Source of the DNA: Fibrobacterota bacterium
GTDB lineage: Bacteria; Fibrobacterota; Fibrobacteria; UBA11236
Direction of reading: 5' to 3'
Length of the DNA: 22,724 nt
NCBI GenBank assembly: GCA_043753995.1
Contig: JAYUVP010000091.1
Span: forward strand, 1-22,724
In this document: in pieces, positions 1 to 6,655 of the stretch
Position numbering within the stretch: position 1 is the first letter of the stretch
Layout: every line of letters begins with the position of its first letter
The notes under the pieces: generated by a model
Databases searched by the model: none
Told to the model about the DNA's origin: nothing
The model's input: the letters and a program-made list of their open reading frames with translations, nothing else
Made by a program: the position numbers and the translations under genes

Positions 1-119
1 AGCGCGCAAGCATAGGCCCGAATTCGGTTTTGAAAACCGACTTGTAAAACAAAAATGCCTGCTCGGTGGAGCGGGGGAAATTCAAATAGGTGGTGACGCG
101 AGCCATGAGACCTTCCAAG

Positions 120-809
120 TCAGTTTTGAGCGGCCTTGGCCTCGGCTTCCATTTCGGCGCGATGATGCTTGACCACCTTCGCCTGCACATGAAAGATGAC
201 CTCTTCGGCAATATTGGTGCTGAGATCGCCGATGCGTTCCAGATTACGGCTTATGCGCAGCAGCTCCAAGGCCATTTCGATGGACGAGGGGTCGCTCTTC
301 ACGATTTGTATTGCTTGTCGCGTATTCGCGCGGTTCAATTCGTCGAGCATGTCATCGCTCTCAAGCACGGTGCGGGCAAGTTGCAAATTCTTGGAAAAAA
401 AACTCTCGCAGGCGTCGCCCAGCATGCTTTGCGCGATGTGTATCATCTTGGGCAATTCAAGCTGGTTATTGCTGTCGGGAAAAGAGGCGCACGAAATGGC
501 CGATTGGGCGATATTGATGCAGTGATCGCCGATGCGCTCCAAGTCATTGTTGATTTTCTGAATGGCAAGCAAGAGGCGTAAATCGATGGCGACGGGTTGA
601 AATAAGGCGAAGCAATCGGCTACCATATGGTCGATGTCGATTTCGAGATTGTTGATTTGACGCTCATTGGAGAACGCGCGCTCAGCAATGGTTTTGTCGC
701 CCTCAAGGTAAGCCCGTGTCGAGCAGGAAAGTGATTCGATGCAAAGGCGAGTCATCTCTTCCAGCTTGGCGCGCAGACTATTCAGTTCTCGTTCGAAATG
801 GCGTTCCAT
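120..809 (-). CDS. phoU: Phosphate signalling complex protein PhoU
   Basis: 229 aa with two PhoU repeats (ERQINNLEIDID...FQPVAIDLR...NDLERIGDH and DDMLDELN...RNLERIGDLSTNIAEEVIF). GGGAG RBS upstream; last gene of the pst operon. Confidence 0.96.
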   Translation of the reverse strand: MERHFERELNSLRAKLEEMTRLCIESLSCSTRAYLEGDKTIAERAFSNERQINNLEIDIDHMVADCFALFQPVAIDLRLLLAIQKINNDLERIGDHCINIAQSAISCASFPDSNNQLELPKMIHIAQSMLGDACESFFSKNLQLARTVLESDDMLDELNRANTRQAIQIVKSDPSSIEMALELLRISRNLERIGDLSTNIAEEVIFHVQAKVVKHHRAEMEAEAKAAQN

Positions 810-831
810 AGTTACTCCCTGGGGCGATAAT

Positions 832-1022
832 AAGTAAAAAGTTAAAAGTTAAAAGTTCAAAGTGAAGCAGGATCCGGCATGGCCTGAATCAGATAGGTGA
901 ACGGGCGCAAACTTCTAAGGGACGCTTCGTTCCTTTTCCCTGCCAGAGCCTAGGGGCATTATTGCGTTTATTTGGTTTGTATTTGTCATTACTTTTGACT
1001 TTTAACTTTTTCCTTTGAACTT
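832..1022. repeat. Intergenic element bounded by inverted arrays of five AAGTTAA-like heptamers
   Basis: Left arm 832-866: aagtaaa aagttaa aagttaa aagttca aagtgaa. Right arm 988-1022 read on the minus strand: aagttca aaggaaa aagttaa aagtcaa aagtaat. The arms are AT-rich and enclose about 120 bp of unique sequence. Confidence 0.85.
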
Positions 1023-1026
1023 GAAT

Positions 1027-1836
1027 TCAGCCAAATCTTCCCGTGATATAGTCTTCGGTCTGTTTTTCTTTGGGCGAAGTGAAAATGCGTTCCGTGGTGT
1101 CGGTTTCGATGAGACTACCCATGTAGAAGAAGGCCGTATAGTCGGAGACACGGGCCGCTTGCTGCATATTGTGGGTCACGATGACTATGGTATAGCTGCT
1201 TTTCAATTCCCACACGAGTTCTTCGATTTTTGAGGTCGCAATGGGGTCGAGGGCCGAGGCGGGCTCGTCCATCAGTAAGACTTCGGGCTCGACGGCGAGG
1301 GCGCGGGCTATGCAAAGCCGCTGTTGCTGGCCACCGGATAGGGCGAGGGCGCTTTTGTTCAATTCGTCCTTGACCTCGTCCCATAGGGCTGAGCGGCGAA
1401 GCGAGGTTTCCACGACTTCATCGAGCTTTTTCTTGTCGTTAGTGCCATGGATGCGTGGACCATAGGCGATATTGTCGTAAATGCTCTTGGGGAAGGGATT
1501 ACTCTTCTGGAAAATCATCCCCACTTTTTTGCGGAGCTCGACTTCGTCAATGCGTTTCTTGTAAATGTCGACATTGTCCACGCAGACTTCGCCTTCGATA
1601 CGCACGCCCTCGATGAGGTCATTCATGCGATTGAGACAGCGTAAGAAAGTCGACTTGCCGCAACCCGAGGGTCCGATAAAGGCCGTCACCTTATGCAGGT
1701 GCATGTCAAGAGAGATATTCTTTAGCGCATGCTTGGGACCATAGTGAAGATTGAGGCCCCGTGAATGCAGTTTCACTGGCGACTTGGCCGTGGCATGGGA
1801 GGATGGAAGCGTCGCGGTCATGGTTTGTTCTTGCAT
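1027..1836 (-). CDS. pstB: Phosphate ABC transporter ATP-binding protein PstB
   Basis: Walker [32 protein letters not shown], signature [13 protein letters not shown], Walker B LLMDEP, and the PstB-typical C-terminus [10 protein letters not shown]. Confidence 0.98.
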   Translation of the reverse strand: MQEQTMTATLPSSHATAKSPVKLHSRGLNLHYGPKHALKNISLDMHLHKVTAFIGPSGCGKSTFLRCLNRMNDLIEGVRIEGEVCVDNVDIYKKRIDEVELRKKVGMIFQKSNPFPKSIYDNIAYGPRIHGTNDKKKLDEVVETSLRRSALWDEVKDELNKSALALSGGQQQRLCIARALAVEPEVLLMDEPASALDPIATSKIEELVWELKSSYTIVIVTHNMQQAARVSDYTAFFYMGSLIETDTTERIFTSPKEKQTEDYITGRFG

Positions 1837-1851
1837 CGATTCCTCGAGCCG

Positions 1852-2760
1852 TTAGGCGCTAATGCGGCTTTGGCGAATGCGCCAACGAAGCCAAATGGCG
1901 GTAAAATTGAGGGCGAAAGTCAGGATTAATAGGACCAAGGTCGTCGCATACTGAATGCCGAGAGTGCCCGTAACATCGGTGCTTTGGGTAGACATGATGA
2001 AGATGTGATAACCCAATTCCATGAATTGGTCGGTGAATTGAGTCGGAATATGCGGCAGAAAATAGGCCGCACCCGTGAAGAGAATGGGCGCGACTTCGCC
2101 TGCACCACGGCTCACGGCGAGAATGGCTCCGGTAAGTATGCCGCCTACGCAATTGGGCAAAACAACTTTTCGTACGGTTTGCCATTTGGTGGCGCCCAAT
2201 GCCATGGAGGCTTCGCGCAAATCACGGGGTACTTGTTTCAAAGCTTCTTCCACCGACACAATCACAACGGGTAAGGTGAGCAAGGCCATGGTGAGAGCCG
2301 CCCAGAGAATGGTCGGTTGGCCCCATAGCATGGCGCCACCATTGAAAACCTTGTCTATGCCCCCACCCAGGAATTGAATGAAAAAGCCCAAACCGAAAAG
2401 CCCAAAAACGATAGCGGGTATGCCTGCCAAGGTATTGACCGCGAAGCGCACGGCTTTAGCCAGCTTGGATTCACGGCTCACGTATTCGGTGAGGTAAATG
2501 GCGGTGATGGTGCCGAAAGGAACACCCACCAAGGACATGATCATGACAAGAAAAAATGTTCCGATGATGGCAGGAAAAATGCCGCCTTCGGTCATCCCGG
2601 CTTGGGGGGCCGCGGCGATGAAATTCCAAGTGAGATGATGTCTGCCTCCCCAAGCGATAGTGAGCATGAGCCAGGCGACCACACCCACGCAGGAGAAGGC
2701 ACAAGCGCCGGTGAGGAAATAAACCAATTTGCCGATAATGTCTTTGCGCTTCATGGCCAT
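1852..2760 (-). CDS. pstA: Phosphate ABC transporter permease PstA
   Basis: GGIFPAIIGT, AIYLTEY, LAGIPAIVFGLFG, EAA loop REASMALGATKWQT, RGAGEVAPI. Start is ATG 2760 (AAGGGA upstream) or TTG 2766, which overlaps the pstC stop. Confidence 0.95.
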   Translation of the reverse strand: MAMKRKDIIGKLVYFLTGACAFSCVGVVAWLMLTIAWGGRHHLTWNFIAAAPQAGMTEGGIFPAIIGTFFLVMIMSLVGVPFGTITAIYLTEYVSRESKLAKAVRFAVNTLAGIPAIVFGLFGLGFFIQFLGGGIDKVFNGGAMLWGQPTILWAALTMALLTLPVVIVSVEEALKQVPRDLREASMALGATKWQTVRKVVLPNCVGGILTGAILAVSRGAGEVAPILFTGAAYFLPHIPTQFTDQFMELGYHIFIMSTQSTDVTGTLGIQYATTLVLLILTFALNFTAIWLRWRIRQSRISA

Positions 2761-2762
2761 GC

Positions 2763-3911
2763 TCAAAGTCCCTTGAATTTTTTCATGAGGCGGTGGCGCA
2801 CGAAATACTCGGCGATGGCATTGAGGCCAAAGGAAACAGCGAATAGCACCGTGCCCAGGATGAACAGCATGCGATAATGCGGATCCCCGGTGACCACTTC
2901 GGCCATTTCAGCGCCAATGGTTGCGGAGAGGGTGCGCACCGATTCGAACAATTCCGGTGATATCATTGCAGCATTTCCCGTGGCCATAAGCACTATCATG
3001 GTTTCACCAAAGGCGCGACCGAAGCCCAGAATGACGGCGGCGAATACGCCTGGCGTTGCGGCAGGAAGCACGACGAAAAGTGCGGTTTCCCAAGAGCTGG
3101 CTCCTAGGGCTAAACTGGCGGCCGTGAGAGGCTTGGGTACAGCCGCGAGTGCGTCTTCCGAAACCGTGAAAATGATAGGGACAACGGCGATGGCCATAGC
3201 CACGCCACCCACAAATGCATTCAGGCGCGATTCATAACCAAAGAGAGATTGTAATAGGGAGGCGAGTACTACCAAGGCGAAAAACCCGATGACGACCGAA
3301 GGAAAACCAGCCAGAATTTCAATGGTCGGCTTCATGACCTCCTTGGCCCACTTCGGCGCGAAAGTGCTGGTATAAAGGGCGGCGAATATGCCCACCGGCG
3401 TTGCAAGGAGCAAGGCGATGAGGGTCACTTTCAAGCTACCAATGATAAGGGGTATGATTCCAAAACGCGGCTGCAGGGAAACCGGCTGCCATTCGAGGCC
3501 GAGAATGTGCTTGGCGTCGATTTTAGCATCGCTGGCTTCGGCTTCAAGCGCCAAATCGGCGCCCGCGGCGGAAACACCCGCGTCACCCTCGGCAGGCTCT
3601 TCTCCATAGCTTTCGGAGGCGCCAACCTCGGTGACTGTCTCGACGACCTTTACCTGGCCAAAGACGATGGGAGCGGCTTCGCGGAAAACGAAAAAGAAAA
3701 TCAGAATGATAATGGAAAGGCAAAGCAGGGCGACACCTTGAATGCCTCGCTCGACCAGCCATTCTCCAGCGCGAAACTTGGGCGTTAATGTCCACCCGGG
3801 ACGTTTGCTTGCATTGGGAATGGCTGGTGGATCGGGGCGTTTGGTGACTTTAAAAGTCCGAGGAACCGCTTTGGGGCGTTCGCTTTCATCCTGGGGAGCC
3901 AATAATTGCAT
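2763..3911 (-). CDS. pstC: Phosphate ABC transporter permease PstC
   Basis: FGIIPLIIGSL, EILAGFPSVVIGFF, ASLALGASSWET, GRAFGETMIVLMATGN, RTLSATIGAEM. Start uncertain: ATG 3911 has AGGA upstream, whereas the ORF-track TTG 3977 abuts a hairpin. Confidence 0.93.
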   Translation of the reverse strand: MQLLAPQDESERPKAVPRTFKVTKRPDPPAIPNASKRPGWTLTPKFRAGEWLVERGIQGVALLCLSIIILIFFFVFREAAPIVFGQVKVVETVTEVGASESYGEEPAEGDAGVSAAGADLALEAEASDAKIDAKHILGLEWQPVSLQPRFGIIPLIIGSLKVTLIALLLATPVGIFAALYTSTFAPKWAKEVMKPTIEILAGFPSVVIGFFALVVLASLLQSLFGYESRLNAFVGGVAMAIAVVPIIFTVSEDALAAVPKPLTAASLALGASSWETALFVVLPAATPGVFAAVILGFGRAFGETMIVLMATGNAAMISPELFESVRTLSATIGAEMAEVVTGDPHYRMLFILGTVLFAVSFGLNAIAEYFVRHRLMKKFKGL

Positions 3912-3980
3912 ATTCGGATTTCCTGGATTTTTTTCGGGCAGGGGCTCAGACACAGTGAAAGAAAAGGTAGGTGGCAAAGT

Positions 3981-4007
3981 GGGTGGCTCCGGTAAAGGAA
4001 GCCACCC
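3981..4007 (-). terminator. pstS-pstC intercistronic stem-loop (mRNA stabiliser or partial terminator)
   Basis: GGGTGGCT-CC-ggtaaa-GG-A-AGCCACCC inverted repeat 15 nt after the pstS stop, followed on the minus strand by pyrimidine-rich sequence. Confidence 0.7.
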
Positions 4008-4022
4008 AAGATTGTTTCAATT

Positions 4023-4847
4023 CTATTTCGCCGGGAAGTAGCCGACCTTGGTTACAATCCCTTGACCCTCTGGGGATAGGGTCCAGTCGATGTAGTTCTT
4101 GAGCGCGCCAGTGGGCTTGCTGCGCAGGTACATATACAGGTAGCGGGTGATAGGGTATTGGCCGCTTTTCACGGTTTCCGCTGAGGGCTCGAAGCCTTCG
4201 GTGGACGCGTCTTTTTTGACCTTGATGAAGCGTACGCCTTTGGCATAAGCCGCACCACCATAGCCGATGCCGAGTGCGTCCTTGGAGACGGCATTCACCA
4301 CGGCAGCCGTGCCGGGAAGGGTCTGGGCCGAAGCCACGAAATCCTTGCCTTTGAGCACGAAATCGCGAAAATAGACATAGGTTCCCGAATTATTTTCGCG
4401 GCTATAAACCACGATTTTTGAATCCGATCCGCCTACTTCTTTCCAATTGGTGATTTTACCGGTGTAGATATCCTTGATTTGATCCAAGGTTAATTCTTTG
4501 ACCGGATTGTTTTCCTGCACATAAACCGCGAGGCCATCCTTGGCGCTCTTGATTTCAATGCCCAAGGAATTGAAGCGCTGCTTGAGCTTTTCGCGTTCGG
4601 CGCCTTTCATGGGGCGGGACGCATTGCAGATGTCGGTGGTGCCGTTGATGAGAGCTGAAATGCCCGTGCCCGAACCTCCGCCAGTCACCTGAATGGTGGC
4701 GTCGGGGTGGGCAGCCATATAGGCCTCAGCCCAGCGCTGGGCCAGAATGACCATGGTATCCGAGCCTTTGACCGTGATGACGTCATTGGCGAAAGTAGCG
4801 GAGGCCGCAATGGCCGCTGCCATGAGTGTTGCGAACAATTTGTTCAT
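4023..4847 (-). CDS. pstS: Phosphate ABC transporter substrate-binding protein PstS
   Basis: Signal peptide MNKLFATLMAAAIAASATFA, then KGSDTM, VTGGGSGTGISALING, SRENNSGTY, YPITRYLYMY. AAGGA RBS before ATG 4847. Confidence 0.96.
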   Translation of the reverse strand: MNKLFATLMAAAIAASATFANDVITVKGSDTMVILAQRWAEAYMAAHPDATIQVTGGGSGTGISALINGTTDICNASRPMKGAEREKLKQRFNSLGIEIKSAKDGLAVYVQENNPVKELTLDQIKDIYTGKITNWKEVGGSDSKIVVYSRENNSGTYVYFRDFVLKGKDFVASAQTLPGTAAVVNAVSKDALGIGYGGAAYAKGVRFIKVKKDASTEGFEPSAETVKSGQYPITRYLYMYLRSKPTGALKNYIDWTLSPEGQGIVTKVGYFPAK

Positions 4848-4880
4848 CTTGTTTTTCCTTGTGAATATTTCTGGAGGCAA

Positions 4881-6320
4881 TTAAAACTTCACCTGCATGC
4901 GCAAGGTGAAAACATTGTCGCTAAGGTCTTTCGTAAATGGGACTAAGCCGCCCGTGGCTGCTGAATTGATCTCTTCATTGGTGACCATGTCGTAATAAGC
5001 CTGGAATTTCACCCATTCGTCCCAGTGATAAACGGCGCCAAATCCAATCGTGGAGTAGGCGATATCATTGGCGGTTAGGTTGGCGCGGGCTCCACGGCCA
5101 ATATCATTGCCGTCCACTTCGGTATTGGGGTCGTAAATATCGTAGCGACCGATAGCTTGGACTTTGGTGCCGAGGTTTTGCACGGCAGCGATATACCAGC
5201 CCGCCACTTCACGGTTAAATACGCCATTGGTGTCACCGGCATAAAACTGGGAATTGCTGCTGCCGCTGGGCTGATTGCCCCAGACATATTCACCGCGGAG
5301 TGAGAGTCCTCCGATAACAGGGATATCATAATAGAGCTGCATGTCGGCGCCCATGATATTGCGGTCGAAGGTGTCCAAACGCTTGGTGCCCGTCTTGGCT
5401 ATCCAAGCCACCGTATCACTGGTGCCACGTTTGCCAATGTCACTCACCTTGGTAGTGATATTAGTCACCTTTCCGCTATAAACGGAAAAGCCGCCGTCGA
5501 TGGCCAGGTTTATGTCATAAAAAGGCGCCGTGAATCCGAGACGACCGATATAATCCTTTTCATTGTCATTTTCAGTGCCGGTAGCGCCCATGCCGGTGAA
5601 AACGCCACCTTTGGCATTGAGGTATTGCAGGAAACCGAGTTGCTCGGTGCCCTTGAATTCGAGCTTGGCGCCTAAATCGCGTTCACCGGGAAATAAGGTT
5701 TGGAAAATCCGGGTGCGTTCAGGAAATTCACGCGCGCTGGAGCTATAGCTGATTTCAAAACCAAAGGGTCGATCGAAGACACCGGCGGTACCACTGAAAG
5801 CCTTCAACCAGGGTTCGGTGATGGTGGCATAGGCATCCTTGATGGAAACGCCGGAGGGTATGACGTCGATTTGCAAAACGTATTGGGTCAGGCCCGCATC
5901 ATAGGTGGTCTTGAGGCGACCACGGCGAATTTGAAAGCGCTCTTGGCTGGTTTCCAATGCAGGCCAACCACCGTTGGCCGTAGCCGGGCTTGTCGAGGTT
6001 GAGGTTTTATTGAAATTGCCTCCGGCTACCGTGCTGACACCAGGGGAATCAGCATATTGCCATTGGGCTTGGATGTAGCCCGAAACCTTGATTTTGGCGA
6101 GCTTATCGACCGTGGTTTTCACCTCGGCGAAGGCCTCTTCGCCGGATTTCAAAGTGGCCTCGATTTTGGAAGCTTCTTCTTCCACATGCGCAACCTTGGC
6201 TTCAACATGCGCGACCTTCGTTGCCAGAGCGTCGATCTTGGTGGAGTCGCTGGAGGGGCCGCCTTGGGCCAAGACGACAGCGGGGAGGGCTAGTAGGGCC
6301 GACCATGTATTGAGGTTCAT
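4881..6320 (-). CDS. Outer-membrane porin, probably phosphate-selective (OprO/OprP-like)
   Basis: Signal peptide (MNLNTWSALLALPAVVLA), coiled-coil N-region, KVSGYIQAQWQY, FQIRRGRLK, KDAYAT, FDRPFGFE...SSS, amphipathic beta strands and C-terminal Phe (LRMQVKF). First gene of the pst operon; AAGGAG RBS before ATG 6320. Confidence 0.82.
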   Translation of the reverse strand: MNLNTWSALLALPAVVLAQGGPSSDSTKIDALATKVAHVEAKVAHVEEEASKIEATLKSGEEAFAEVKTTVDKLAKIKVSGYIQAQWQYADSPGVSTVAGGNFNKTSTSTSPATANGGWPALETSQERFQIRRGRLKTTYDAGLTQYVLQIDVIPSGVSIKDAYATITEPWLKAFSGTAGVFDRPFGFEISYSSSAREFPERTRIFQTLFPGERDLGAKLEFKGTEQLGFLQYLNAKGGVFTGMGATGTENDNEKDYIGRLGFTAPFYDINLAIDGGFSVYSGKVTNITTKVSDIGKRGTSDTVAWIAKTGTKRLDTFDRNIMGADMQLYYDIPVIGGLSLRGEYVWGNQPSGSSNSQFYAGDTNGVFNREVAGWYIAAVQNLGTKVQAIGRYDIYDPNTEVDGNDIGRGARANLTANDIAYSTIGFGAVYHWDEWVKFQAYYDMVTNEEINSAATGGLVPFTKDLSDNVFTLRMQVKF

Positions 6321-6426
6321 AAGGGTTTCCTTCTCCTTGTTGCTCGATAGTTGAGGCGACGCATGCCGCCTCGGATTCGCGTTCGGATAAACCGTTTTCA
6401 CGACGGGGAGAAAGGTCGAAGCCGGA

Positions 6427-6455
6427 TGTTACAGGAGCGTTTCAAAGGCGTTTCC
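6427..6455 (-). promoter_or_regulatory. Pho-box-like direct repeat array upstream of the porin-pst operon
   Basis: Minus strand GGAAACG-cctt-TGAAACG-ctcc-TGTAACA: three heptamers at exact 11-bp period, about 105 bp upstream of the porin start. Confidence 0.7.
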
Positions 6456-6562
6456 ACGGCGGCACGAAGGCCAAAAAGGAAGGCGTGGCAAAGCGGAGTC
6501 GTTCAGGAAATCGACAGTCTATTCTGGACTACCCAAGACTATCACCGAATCCTTCCGGCTAC

Positions 6563-6591
6563 CGTATCATACACGTGACATTGTTGTTTCG
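6563..6591 (-). promoter_or_regulatory. Second Pho-box-like array in the divergent intergenic region
   Basis: Minus strand CGAAACA-acaa-TGTCACG-tgta-TGATACG at 11-bp period; the middle unit matches the E. coli TGTCA core. Confidence 0.5.
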
Positions 6592-6639
6592 ATTGTATTT
6601 CCAGGGTCGGGACGGCCCCTGAAGCGGCCAATGCCGGGG

Positions 6640-6645
6640 TATAAT
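6640..6645 (+). promoter_or_regulatory. Perfect sigma-70 -10 hexamer (TATAAT) 10 bp upstream of ATG 6656
   Basis: TATAAT in a GC-rich context, with no recognisable -35 and no Shine-Dalgarno before the ATG. Confidence 0.5.
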
Positions 6646-6655
6646 GGCTGCATAA

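Noticed and set aside
24..40. Palindrome TCGGTTTT-G-AAAACCGA as the phoU terminator
   Set aside because: The inverted repeat is real, but the stem is AT-rich with a minimal loop and no U-tract on the minus strand; context is cut by the window edge.
90..581. 163-aa plus-strand ORF and the other antisense or alternate-frame ORFs (e.g. 2374-2877, 6668-7252, 10642-11316, 17036-17653, 22046-22534)
   Set aside because: They lie over well-supported genes, have no recognisable motifs, and are expected shadow ORFs in GC-rich DNA.
832..1022. CRISPR array or autonomous IS
   Set aside because: The repeats are 7-bp tandem units without spacers; there is no transposase or cas gene and no clear target-site duplication.
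6321..6401. Extended porin start (and likewise TTG 4880 for pstS and TTG 17730 for phoR)
   Set aside because: Downstream ATGs place the signal peptide or TM1 at the N-terminus, and those of the porin and pstS have clear RBSs.
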